Source: Chloroflexota bacterium (GTDB taxonomy: Bacteria; Chloroflexota; UBA11872; VXOZ01). Taken from it: a stretch of 64,000 nucleotides of DNA. Each line of letters opens with the position of its first letter. Positions within the stretch are counted from its first letter, which is position 1. The position numbers were made by a program, and so were the translations under genes. The stretch is from the NCBI GenBank assembly GCA_963662335.2, contig CAXXVD010000001.1, forward strand, positions 480,001-544,000. Reading direction: 5' to 3'. This document shows, piece by piece, positions 29,315-38,568 of this stretch. The notes below the pieces were generated by a model, which was not told the DNA's origin, searched no databases, and saw nothing but the letters and a program-made list of their open reading frames with translations.

Positions 29315-30289
29315 CTAGGATTCCTGCCGCCGTTCCCAGTTGAACTCGGTCTCGCTCATCGGCTTATCCGGGTCCGGCTGCCAGACTTGCTCCTCGTGGA
29401 ACTTGCCCAATTCCTTGGCCATCTCCCGCACGTGGATCGCCACCGCGCCGCAGCAGGCGCCGATGAAGTTCACGCCCATCGCTTTCGCCTTCTTGGCGTA
29501 GTCTCCCATCTCGTAGCGCGTCATCTGCGTCGGCTCCAGCTTGTCCGGAAAGGCCGGCGTGCCGGTGAACCACGGCGTTTCGTCGCTGGTGCGGTGCGCC
29601 ACCGGCTGCGCGGCAATGAACGCGTCGGTCGCGGCGCGCATCTCGTCCAGCAGCGGATAGCTGCGCTCCGGGTCCCTCATGCAGTTCACGCCCACCATTT
29701 CGGCCCCGGCGTCGGCCAGCCGGCGCGCACAGTCGGCGGCGGTGTAACCGTCGTCGGTGACGACCTCGCCGCGGAATGACATGGTAATCATAGCCGGCAC
29801 GCTGGACTTGGCCTTGATGCGCTCCAGGCAGAGCAGCGCCTCGCCCAGATGCCAGAAGGTCTCGCCAATGAAGAAGTCCACGCCATCTTGCGCCTCGATC
29901 TGCTCGTCGAAGATGCCGGCGATTTCGGCGTTGGCGGAGCCGTTGCCCGCTTCCCACTTCCAGGTTGCGCTCAGGTCGCCGGCCACCAGCGCCCGGTCGC
30001 CGGCCACGTCCTTGGCAATCTGGGTAGTCTTCTGGTTGATCTCGAACGTCCGGTCGGCCTGGCCGACGGTTTCCAGCTTGCTGCGGCTGCCGTAGAAGGC
30101 CATGACCTGCAAGACTTCCGAGCCTGCGCGCAGGAACTCAGTGTGCAATTCGCGAATGGCGCCCGGATACTGCAGGGCCAACTCCGGCGTGAACGCGCCG
30201 GCAATCACGTAGCCGCGCTTTTCCAACTCGACGATGTAGCCGCCGTCGCCGAGGACGACGTCTTTCTCCAACATTTCCAGGATGCCCAT
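29315..30289 (-). CDS. Homocysteine S-methyltransferase, betaine-homocysteine methyltransferase-like
   Basis: GDGG...LEKRGYV.AG..TPE and LH.EFLRAGS closely follow the BHMT N-terminus; Zn ligands GVNC and GACCG; directly upstream of the DMG dehydrogenase-like gene. Confidence 0.85.
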   Translation of the reverse strand: MGILEMLEKDVVLGDGGYIVELEKRGYVIAGAFTPELALQYPGAIRELHTEFLRAGSEVLQVMAFYGSRSKLETVGQADRTFEINQKTTQIAKDVAGDRALVAGDLSATWKWEAGNGSANAEIAGIFDEQIEAQDGVDFFIGETFWHLGEALLCLERIKAKSSVPAMITMSFRGEVVTDDGYTAADCARRLADAGAEMVGVNCMRDPERSYPLLDEMRAATDAFIAAQPVAHRTSDETPWFTGTPAFPDKLEPTQMTRYEMGDYAKKAKAMGVNFIGACCGAVAIHVREMAKELGKFHEEQVWQPDPDKPMSETEFNWERRQES

Positions 30290-30451
30290 TTTGCTGGCTC
30301 TCCCTTCTCGGTAATTTGTACGTACGCCACGCAACGAGTTCGCCGCCGTGCCGCGCCGCAAACGACGCGAGGCGAGGCGCAATCACACCGCTCTTTGCAT
30401 GAAGCTCCTTTCGTCCGATTACCGAGGAGAAACACCGGCGGCGCGTGCTGT

Positions 30452-31726
30452 CTATGCTACGCGCGCCGGCTCCAGCATCTCGCGCGGGGCGGCTCGCATG
30501 ACCTTGCGCAGGCCGGCGGCCACGTCGCGCGCGTCTTGGTCCGTCCAGTCCATGCTCACGTGATACTCGCACACGCGCGGCAGCAGTTCCTCGGCCCGGG
30601 GGCACAGTCCGGGGCCGTAGTCGGCGCTGCCGCCGTAGAAGCGCGGGTCCCAGGGCGAAGGGCCCTGGTGCCACATACGCTTCTGGAGTATCGCATCGTG
30701 CATGTACACCGGTTGACCGCCGTAGGGATGCTTGATGGGCACACCCTCCGCCGCCAGCGCCTGGCGGGCCCACGCGCAGAGCGCCGGCGTGTCGAAGACC
30801 AGCGCCGGGCTGACACCGGTATCGCCCGCCGGATCGGCCAACGGCCGCGCGCGCACGCCCGGCGCGTTGCGGACGCTTTCTCTTATGATACCGCCCATGC
30901 GGCGCGCGTGCGCGCGCAAGCGGTCGATTTTCTTCACTTGTTCTAACAACACCGCCGCCGTGAGTTCGCTCATGCGGTAGTTCTCGCCAAAGAACGGCGG
31001 CGGCGCATCCCCGTCGCTGGCGCGGGCCGTGCCCTGGTCCTGGCAGGCCACGGCGCGCTGGTGGAGCGCGGGGTCGTTGGTAACGACCATGCCGCCCTCG
31101 CCGGCGGAGATCACCTTGTTCATCTGGAAGCTAAAGATGTTGATGTCGCCAAAACCGCCAACGTGGCGGCCGCGGTACGCCGCGCCAAACGACTGGGCGC
31201 AGTCCTCCAGAATCGGGACGCCGCGGCGCCGGCCTACCTCCAGCAGCGGCGCCAGATCGGCGGCCGCGCCGCGCCAGTGCACGACCATTATGGCGCGGGT
31301 GCGCTCCGAAATCACCCGATCCACCGCGCCCGCGTCTAAGCTCACCGTATCGTCCAAATCGCCAAAGATCGGCACCGCCTGGCAGGCGACCACGGCGTTC
31401 ACGCAGCCGTAGAACGTGGCCGCCGGCACGATCACCTCGTCGCCGGGCCCCACGCCCAGCGCGCGCAGCGCCACGATGAGGGCCGCCGTGCCCGAGGTCA
31501 CGCCCACGGCATACTCGACGCCCACGAGCGCCGCCACCGTCCGTTCAAGCTCGTTGACGGTGTACGCCGGATCCGGCCCGTAGTAGCGAAACGGCGAGCG
31601 CCGTTCCAAGACCGCGCGCACCGCCCGCTGCTCTTCTTCACCGATGATCGTCGCGCCCGGATAGGGGCCGGGCAGCGGCGCGGCGCGCACCGGCGCGCCG
31701 CCGTCGATTGCCAGCTTTCCGCTCAT
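30452..31726 (-). CDS. DegT/DnrJ/EryC1/StrS family PLP aminotransferase
   Basis: LAIDGG, SGTAAL, GPGDEVIVP, EDCAQ, FSFQMNK...GEGG and NYRMSE; GAGGGAGG RBS before ATG 31726. Confidence 0.9.
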   Translation of the reverse strand: MSGKLAIDGGAPVRAAPLPGPYPGATIIGEEEQRAVRAVLERRSPFRYYGPDPAYTVNELERTVAALVGVEYAVGVTSGTAALIVALRALGVGPGDEVIVPAATFYGCVNAVVACQAVPIFGDLDDTVSLDAGAVDRVISERTRAIMVVHWRGAAADLAPLLEVGRRRGVPILEDCAQSFGAAYRGRHVGGFGDINIFSFQMNKVISAGEGGMVVTNDPALHQRAVACQDQGTARASDGDAPPPFFGENYRMSELTAAVLLEQVKKIDRLRAHARRMGGIIRESVRNAPGVRARPLADPAGDTGVSPALVFDTPALCAWARQALAAEGVPIKHPYGGQPVYMHDAILQKRMWHQGPSPWDPRFYGGSADYGPGLCPRAEELLPRVCEYHVSMDWTDQDARDVAAGLRKVMRAAPREMLEPARVA

Positions 31727-31804
31727 GCCCTCCCTCACTTCTCTAAGAACCGGGCAAGGTCTAGGCTCTCCCGCCTATGCGCGCTCAATTTCCCCTACCG
31801 CACT

Positions 31805-31964
31805 GTAGCGCGGGGGCTTGTCCCCCGCCTCTTCACTCCGTAACGCGAGGGCTCGTCCCCCGCCTCTCCACACCGTAGCGCGGGGGCTTGTCCCCCGCCT
31901 CTCCACTCCGTAACGCGGGGGCTTGTCCCCCGCCTCTTCACACCATTGCGCGGGGCCTCGTCCT
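31805..31964. repeat. Tandem array of family A REP, 35-bp period (four copies plus one degenerate)
   Basis: Units start at 31805, 31840, 31875, 31910 and 31945. Further REPs lie at 32018-32040 (family D) and 32085-32144 (two inverted family A). Confidence 0.9.
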
Positions 31965-32174
31965 CAATCCTGTCAAACAAAACACCATAGCGATAAGAAC
32001 CATGCCTCGCATCTCCGGTAGCGCAGGTTTGTAACCTGCGAGGCTCCGGGGCCAAACCTGTACGTGCGTATTTCTCTTATTCCGGCGGGGGACAAGCCCC
32101 CGCGCTACTCTCTTGCGCCGGCGGGGGACAAGCCCCCGCGCTACACATATGCGACACTCTCGCAAGCATGGCGC

Positions 32175-33674
32175 TTAGTTCGCCACCCAAATCGGGCTCG
32201 ACCACGCCGCCTGGCCGTTTTCCTGTGTCACGCGCAGGTAGTAGTAGTCTTCGGCCCGGTTCTCGCTGGGCGTATCGACAAACGCATACGACGCGCGGGC
32301 CAATTCATCCGGCACGAGACGGTGAATCAAGAACGAATCCGAGGGAAAGCCGGTGGTCAGGTCGGTAATGGCGTTCTGCGACGCTTCCTCAAGCGTGTAG
32401 GTCTCCGTGCGCCGCATGGGCTTGGTGAACGCCAGCGTGATGGTTGCCGACGGCGGGCCTTCCACGTCCAGCGCCACCGAGTTCTGCGGACAGTCGTTCA
32501 AGCATTCAGAGAGCGACGTATAGGTTTGAAACCGGCATTTGGCGGCGGTGGATTCCAGGATGCGGCTGCGTTTTTCTTCATCGAAAGGCCCCGGTTGGAA
32601 GCATGGCATCGCCTGGTGAATGCGCCCGCCGTCCACCGAGACGGTGAGGTCCCACTCAGCGATGCGCGGCTTGCCGAAGGCCGACCACGGCCCCCAGCCG
32701 ACTTCGACCCGGCAGCGGTGCCGCCGCGACCAGGGATAGCCGCCGTCGGGTTCAGCATCCGCCGGAAAGTGCCGGTGGATGACCCGGTTGTTCTTGATGA
32801 CTTCAACGCGGGCAATCTCGTCCCAGCCGCGCACGTTCACCGCGATCTCACGCTCGTTCGCGGCGGGCAGAATCGACCCCATTGGCTGGCCGTTAAGGCG
32901 AAAGTCCAGTTCGATCTTGTCGCCGGAAGCAGCGTAGCAGCGGCGGCTCCAGAGCGCCTCCCAAATCGCCTCCCGCGTAAACTCCGGCACTAAGACCGCC
33001 ACCTGGCCCTCGTTGTACGCGCCCGGATGCGCCTGGTGATCGTCGGAAGATCCGGTGAATCCAACGTGATGCCCCAGGGCAAGCGCGTGCTGGATAGTAT
33101 TGATGGTGACGCGCGGCCCCAGCCCGTGCCGGGTGTAGGCAAACGGCCCGCGGTCGCGCTCCGCGCCGCCGTGCTCGGAGATGATTTCCACGATTGGCGA
33201 AACGGATTCATCCAGCCAGTCCCAATTCGCGCCCCGGAACCCGCGCATGTAGCCGGGATGATGCGGCACCAGCAGCGCGCCGCTGCGCCGGGCGTGCGCC
33301 TGGATCTCCCGCACGTGGTTGGCGAACTGCAATGGGCCGTCCTCTTTGTAGATCACGCAGTGGTCGCCAAAGCCGGCCGAGTGCCACTCATAGCCCAGAA
33401 AGGCCTCGAAGCGTCCGGGGTCCGTGGCATCCTTGATCAACTGCTTGGTGCGCGGCCAGACTTCCTTGTGGCGGTCGAAGCCCTCTTGCCACTGCTCGTG
33501 CCGGTTGTCGGGCATCGCCGGCATGTCGTGCCACTGCGCGTGGCCGGTGAAAGCAAAGAAGTCAAGGTGGCTCTGCGCCATGTCGATCGCCCGTTCCAAC
33601 GTGCCCTTGGTGTAGTGGAAGAGACCCACGGTGTTGTGGTTATGAATGTCGCCCCAGAGAATCTTATAATCCAT
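32175..33674 (-). CDS. DUF3604-like PHP-fold metallo-hydrolase
   Basis: WGDIHNH, TGH, GYEW, VPHH, GFTGSSDDH, RRCYAASG and YYLRVTQ..AWSSPIWV. Confidence 0.75.
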   Translation of the reverse strand: MDYKILWGDIHNHNTVGLFHYTKGTLERAIDMAQSHLDFFAFTGHAQWHDMPAMPDNRHEQWQEGFDRHKEVWPRTKQLIKDATDPGRFEAFLGYEWHSAGFGDHCVIYKEDGPLQFANHVREIQAHARRSGALLVPHHPGYMRGFRGANWDWLDESVSPIVEIISEHGGAERDRGPFAYTRHGLGPRVTINTIQHALALGHHVGFTGSSDDHQAHPGAYNEGQVAVLVPEFTREAIWEALWSRRCYAASGDKIELDFRLNGQPMGSILPAANEREIAVNVRGWDEIARVEVIKNNRVIHRHFPADAEPDGGYPWSRRHRCRVEVGWGPWSAFGKPRIAEWDLTVSVDGGRIHQAMPCFQPGPFDEEKRSRILESTAAKCRFQTYTSLSECLNDCPQNSVALDVEGPPSATITLAFTKPMRRTETYTLEEASQNAITDLTTGFPSDSFLIHRLVPDELARASYAFVDTPSENRAEDYYYLRVTQENGQAAWSSPIWVAN

Positions 33675-33684
33675 AGCTACCGTC

Positions 33685-34182
33685 TTATCCTCTCTCGCTC
33701 AGTCTCATCATGTAGACAATGCTGCGGTTGAGCGGCTCAAAGCCTTGCCGCTCGTACATGCGGCGCGCGGGCGCGTAGCAATCTTCCAGTCCGGTAGACA
33801 CTTGGGCGAACTCCATACCCGCGTCCGCGATAAGTTCCAAGACGCGCGCGTCAAGCTGACCGCCGATGCCGCGACCGCGATGTTCCGGGAGCACGGCGTT
33901 ATTCCCCACCGTGCCAATGCGGGTCTTTGCGTTGACGTGAAGGGTCGCAAAGCCTACCGCTGTGCCGTCAACTTCGGCAATCACCACGTTCTCTACGGCA
34001 ATCGTGCGCATGTCGTCGGCTTTCCACTCGTCCCACGCGCGTCCGCCGATGATGCCGTACTTCTCCTCCCGCCAGCGATTGACGGTCACGTCCGCAAAGC
34101 CCTGCACAATAAGCTCGATGAGCGTCTCCCGATCGGCTTCTACCGCCTGCCGGATTGTTACTTCGGCTTCATTTGTTGTCAT
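33685..34182 (-). CDS. GNAT family N-acetyltransferase (copy 3)
   Basis: NAVLPEHRGRGIG acetyl-CoA motif; ARRMYERQGF. Confidence 0.9.
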   Translation of the reverse strand: MTTNEAEVTIRQAVEADRETLIELIVQGFADVTVNRWREEKYGIIGGRAWDEWKADDMRTIAVENVVIAEVDGTAVGFATLHVNAKTRIGTVGNNAVLPEHRGRGIGGQLDARVLELIADAGMEFAQVSTGLEDCYAPARRMYERQGFEPLNRSIVYMMRLSERG

Positions 34183-34676
34183 ACGGCGCCCTGCGCAAGC
34201 TGCTTCATGTAGTATACGCTACGAAAAAACGGCCTGAAGCCTTGCCGCTCGTACATGCGGCGGGCGGGCGTAAACGGGTCTTCCGATCCGGTCGAGACCT
34301 GGGCGAACTCCATGCCCGCCTCTTCCAGCAGCCGGAGAACACGCGCCAGAAGCTGCGCGCCGATGCCGCGGCCACGATAGTCCGGCAACACGGCATTGTC
34401 ACTCACCGTCCCTACGCGAGTCGCGTCGTCCAGTTCATAAGTCGCAAAGCCAACCGCCTTGCTTCCAACTTCAGCAATGATCACCTGCTCAATGTCGATC
34501 GTGCGCATGATGTCGGCTTCCCACTCATCCCACGTGCGACCGCCAATGACACCAAACTGCCGCTCACGCCAGCGATTGGTGGTCACGTCCGCAAAGGCAT
34601 GTACGATGAGTTCGGTTAGAGTCTCTCGATCAGCTTCGACAGCCTGCCTGATTCGCGCCTCGGTTGCTTTCATCAT
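34179..34676 (-). CDS. GNAT family N-acetyltransferase (copy 2)
   Basis: NAVLPDYRGRGIG; ARRMYERQGF; stop overlaps the next start. Confidence 0.9.
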   Translation of the reverse strand: MMKATEARIRQAVEADRETLTELIVHAFADVTTNRWRERQFGVIGGRTWDEWEADIMRTIDIEQVIIAEVGSKAVGFATYELDDATRVGTVSDNAVLPDYRGRGIGAQLLARVLRLLEEAGMEFAQVSTGSEDPFTPARRMYERQGFRPFFRSVYYMKQLAQGAV

Positions 34677-35170
34677 TATCCGGCTTTCCGCGCAAGCTTC
34701 TTGAAGAATGTAACACTGCGGTGCAGCGGCTCGAAGCCTTGCCGCTCGTACATGCGGCGGGCGCGTGCGTAAGGCTCTTCCAATCCGGTCGCCACCTGGG
34801 CAAACTCCATGCCTGCTTCCTCCAATGACCGGAGCACACGCGAAAGAAGCTGCGCGCCGATGCCACGGCCACGATACTCAGGCAAGACCGCATTGTCATC
34901 CACGATGCCAATACGCGTCGCGTCGTTCACATCATAGGTTGCAAAGCCAACCGCATTGCCTGCGACTTCTGCAAGGATTACTCGATTGACATCAACAGTA
35001 CGGATGAGATCAGCTTCCCATTCTTCCCACATCCGTGCGAGGACTTCACCGGATTGCGGCTCGCGTACGTCCCTGTAAGCACGCACAATGAGCTTGATCA
35101 GGGTTTCTCGATCCGCCTCGACTGCTCGTCTAATCTTAACTTTGACGTCCTGTTCCGCCTCATTGCTCAT
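34676..35170 (-). CDS. GNAT family N-acetyltransferase (copy 1)
   Basis: NAVLPEYRGRGIG; ARRMYERQGF; start set at ATG 35170 by alignment with the paralogs. Confidence 0.88.
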   Translation of the reverse strand: MSNEAEQDVKVKIRRAVEADRETLIKLIVRAYRDVREPQSGEVLARMWEEWEADLIRTVDVNRVILAEVAGNAVGFATYDVNDATRIGIVDDNAVLPEYRGRGIGAQLLSRVLRSLEEAGMEFAQVATGLEEPYARARRMYERQGFEPLHRSVTFFKKLARKAG

Positions 35171-35265
35171 TATCTTACCACGCGCTCCCCCCAATGCGCC
35201 GTTGGGAATACGGTTCTTGTTAGAGGGATACCGGATTGCGCAGTCGCTATCAAAATTCGGCATCT

Positions 35266-37278
35266 TCACTGCGGAGGCAAGACCCAAATCGGACTCGACC
35301 AAGCGAAGTGACCGTCGTTCTGCGTTACGCGCAGATAGAGGTAAGAGGTCTGATCCCCCGCCAATGGGAGAGTATCGGCAATCTCAGCAACCCGACCGTC
35401 GCCCGCATGCGTGAGGACGACATCGCCGTTGCAGACCACTTCCAGCCGCTCAATTTCAGCCGTGCCCAGCACGCGTGCCGCCACCACAACTTCCGGTGTG
35501 GCTGCGGAGAACTCCTCACCCATGCCGTGGCCGTCCACCCGGAAGTCGAGCACGATGCGCGCGCCGGTGGTGGCGTAGCAGCGGCGCTCCTTGAGGGCCT
35601 GGATGATTGCCGCGCGCGTGAGTTCCGGCGCGATGACGGCGGTGAGGCCGCCGGTGACGCGGTCGTGGAAGTCCACCCCGGCCATTGAGCAGGTGTTGCG
35701 GCCCGGTTGGGCGTGATGGCTGTCGGTGCCGCCCACGAAGCCGAGGCGGTGTCCCATGGCCAGGGCGTCCTGCGCCGACGCGCCGCCGCCGCCAAGCACG
35801 GTGGCGCCGCCGGGGACATCGGTCTCGAACGCGCCGCGATTTTGCGCGATCTCAAGTACCGTCTGGTATTCCGCATTATGCCGCTGCCAGTCCTGCACCC
35901 GCCAATTCTGATAGCCGCCCTCGGAGGTGACGTTGATGTGGTGCGGCACCACCACCGCGCCAGTTCCTGCCAACGCCGGCCAGATTTCCTCGATCTTGCT
36001 GGTGGTGACGCGCTTGCCTTCATCGGGATAGAGGATAACCCGGTGCCCGGCGGTCGGATCATTGAGTTCGATGGCGACCAGCGGCGCGAATTCACCGGCT
36101 TGATAGAACTCCGCGATGATCTCCTGATATTCCTCCCAATCGTCCGCGCGGGGCACGGACCAAATGGCCTCGATGTTCTGGGGCGGCGGAAACCACGCCA
36201 CGCCCACGCAATCCAGGCCGGATACGTCCCGCGCGTAGCGAAACGCCCCGGCGTACGTGCCCACGCCGTGGGCCATGAACGGGCCGTGCGGACGATGACC
36301 CGGATCAAGCGCGCGGGGCGCGTGGGTGTGCAGGTCGCCAAAATAGATGCGGTCGCTGCCGTCCGCCACCACGTCGATGGGGTTGCTGACGCCGGCAATG
36401 CCGTGCTCCCAGGCCGCGGCCGTTATCGCGGCGGGACCGGCCGCGTTTCTGGCGGCAATGAAGGGGCCAATGCGGGCCGCGCCGCCGTCGCTGGGCGACA
36501 TTTGGTAGTTCTCAGGAGTGGTGATGCCGCCGGGCTGCACGCCGAGCGCGATTTCGCCGGCAAAGTCCGCGCAGACGTTGCCGTATGCGTCTTCCACCCG
36601 CACGAGCACGGCAAATTCCTCATACGCGGCAACGGTGGCCGGGGCAACCACGCCCAGGCGCGCCGGCGGCCCGGCAACCACGTCCAAAGTTGGCAACTCC
36701 GGCAGGAGTCGATACCCCTTGGGCTCACCGCCGGGATAGCGCGGATTGCTGTAGCTGGCATTGCCGAGCGGGTCCACCAGCACCTGGAAGTGCATCCCGG
36801 TCATGGCCACTTCCTGCGCCCGCGCGCGCTCGTAGAAACCGGGGATGAACGACCCGGCATCACCAAGCGTCACCGCAATGGTTTCGCCCGCGTGCAGCGT
36901 CGCGCCTTCCACAGTTACAAACACTATCGGGAACTGCGCGTGGTGGTACTTGAGCGGATAGTCGTTGCGCGTACGCGCGGAGACGCCGCAGTTGCCGTTC
37001 GTGGCCGCCGTGACGTGGCCCAGCCGCCAGCGCACGCTGTGCACACAGGGCGGCACGACGGCAATGCCGCCGCCGGGCGCGATGCCGGCGCTGCCCGCCG
37101 TATAGGTGATGGTCCACGTGCCGAAAGCGCCGGCGACAACCGGCCCGGCCGGGTCAAGCGTGCAACTGCCAAGCTCAGCCCGCAAGGCCGTGTCGGCGCC
37201 TGCGTCCGTAACCTGCACGCCATGCGTTACGCCCCGGTCTTGGGATCCCATCCCCGGCCTACGCTCACGCGCGCTCAA
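35266..37278 (-). CDS. DUF3604-like PHP-fold protein with N-terminal Ig-like extension
   Basis: YFGDLHTH, VPHH, GFVGGTDSH, RRCYATTG and YLRVTQ..AWSSPIWV; AAGGAG RBS before TTG 37278. Confidence 0.75.
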   Translation of the reverse strand: MSARERRPGMGSQDRGVTHGVQVTDAGADTALRAELGSCTLDPAGPVVAGAFGTWTITYTAGSAGIAPGGGIAVVPPCVHSVRWRLGHVTAATNGNCGVSARTRNDYPLKYHHAQFPIVFVTVEGATLHAGETIAVTLGDAGSFIPGFYERARAQEVAMTGMHFQVLVDPLGNASYSNPRYPGGEPKGYRLLPELPTLDVVAGPPARLGVVAPATVAAYEEFAVLVRVEDAYGNVCADFAGEIALGVQPGGITTPENYQMSPSDGGAARIGPFIAARNAAGPAAITAAAWEHGIAGVSNPIDVVADGSDRIYFGDLHTHAPRALDPGHRPHGPFMAHGVGTYAGAFRYARDVSGLDCVGVAWFPPPQNIEAIWSVPRADDWEEYQEIIAEFYQAGEFAPLVAIELNDPTAGHRVILYPDEGKRVTTSKIEEIWPALAGTGAVVVPHHINVTSEGGYQNWRVQDWQRHNAEYQTVLEIAQNRGAFETDVPGGATVLGGGGASAQDALAMGHRLGFVGGTDSHHAQPGRNTCSMAGVDFHDRVTGGLTAVIAPELTRAAIIQALKERRCYATTGARIVLDFRVDGHGMGEEFSAATPEVVVAARVLGTAEIERLEVVCNGDVVLTHAGDGRVAEIADTLPLAGDQTSYLYLRVTQNDGHFAWSSPIWVLPPQ

Positions 37279-37300
37279 TGCTGCGTTCTCCTTCTCTCCG

Positions 37301-37720
37301 ACGTAGCGCGGGGGCTTGTCCCCCGCCTCTTGGCCTACACGCAGCTTGCAAACCTGCGCTACCGGACTCTTGATAGCGTGATCCTTAGCTCGTCTTTGCC
37401 ACCTCGCCTGCGGCCAACACGTAGCGCGGGGGCTTCTCCCCCGCCTCTTGGCCTACACGCAGCTTGCAAACCTGCGCTACCGGACTCTTGATAGCGTGAT
37501 CCTTAGCTCGTCTTTGCCACCTCGCCTGCGGCCAACACGTAGCGCGGGGGCTCCTCCCCCGCCTCCTGGCCTACACGCAGGTTGCAAACCTGCGCTACCG
37601 GACTCTTGATAGCGTGATCCTTAGCTCGTCTTTGCCACCTCGCCTGCGGCCAACACGTAGCGCGGGGGCTTGTCCCCCGCCTCTTGGCCTACACGCAGGT
37701 TGCAAACCTGCGCTACCGGA
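37301..37720. repeat. BIME-like tandem repeat, 118-bp period, about 3.5 copies
   Basis: Units start at 37301, 37419, 37537 and 37655; each is REP A + short linker + inverted REP D + an identical long linker. Confidence 0.93.
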
Positions 37721-37767
37721 TGGTCATCGTGTGTACTGACCTGCCGCAACCGTGTCCTAACGCGGCG

Positions 37768-38541
37768 CTATCGCACGTCGAACAACCGCGCCGCGTTGTC
37801 GTGGAACAGCTTCCGCTTGGCCGCGTCCAAAATCTGCGTTTCGGTTTCGATGCTCAGTTGTGCCGATTCGTGGTAGTGCAGCGGCGAATTGGAGCCGAAG
37901 AGCACGTGCTCCGGCCCGATAGTGTTGCAGAGTTTCGCCACGTCGTGGATTGGCCCCTGCACGCGGCTGTTTTCCACGTAGAGATTCTCGCGTTTGTCCA
38001 CGCTCCGCCAGATACTCGTGACCTCCCCAAAGCGCCCGGCGGCGACCAGAAAGCGCACCTCCGGGAAGGCATTGACCGTCTGGGCAATTTCCCCGGCCGC
38101 CACGTCGGGCACGCGCACCAGCCGGTGGTGATGCCGCGCGTCCTCCAGGCCAATGGCAATTATGACAAGCAAATCGCGTGCGTGCGCAATCTCCAGCAGG
38201 CGCAGGTTTTCCTGCCCTAACAACTCGTAGCCGTGGTAGTTAGGATGCAGCCGCAAATGCCGCGCGCCCAGTTCCTCAAGGCAAATCTCCAGGTCTTCGT
38301 CCCACCCCGGATACGCCGGATTGATGGTGTACGCCGGGATGAAGCGGTCTTCATGCGCGCGCGCAATCGCGTGCAGCTCCCGGTTGCCCACCAGCAGGTC
38401 TTTGAAGAAGACGTTCTCCAGGCGCGACACTACGGCCCGCTCGATGCCGAGGGCGTCCATCTTGCGCAGCAGGTTTTCCGGCTGGGAGTGCGGCAAGCGG
38501 CGGAACGGCCACTCGCCGACGTAGGCGTTGCTATCGATCAT
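37768..38541 (-). CDS. Amidohydrolase_2 family protein lacking the N-terminal HxH
   Basis: IDSNAYVGEWPFR, LRLHPNYHGY and VLFGSNSP. Confidence 0.8.
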   Translation of the reverse strand: MIDSNAYVGEWPFRRLPHSQPENLLRKMDALGIERAVVSRLENVFFKDLLVGNRELHAIARAHEDRFIPAYTINPAYPGWDEDLEICLEELGARHLRLHPNYHGYELLGQENLRLLEIAHARDLLVIIAIGLEDARHHHRLVRVPDVAAGEIAQTVNAFPEVRFLVAAGRFGEVTSIWRSVDKRENLYVENSRVQGPIHDVAKLCNTIGPEHVLFGSNSPLHYHESAQLSIETETQILDAAKRKLFHDNAARLFDVR

Positions 38542-38568
38542 GGCTTGGCGCCTTACACCTCAACCTTC

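Noticed and set aside
31805-31964. Mini-CRISPR at the 35-bp repeat
   Set aside because: The linkers are only about 11 bp and nearly identical; this is a REP tandem.
37301-37720. CRISPR array at the 118-bp repeat
   Set aside because: The intervening sequences are identical copies rather than unique spacers, and the repeats match dispersed REP families.
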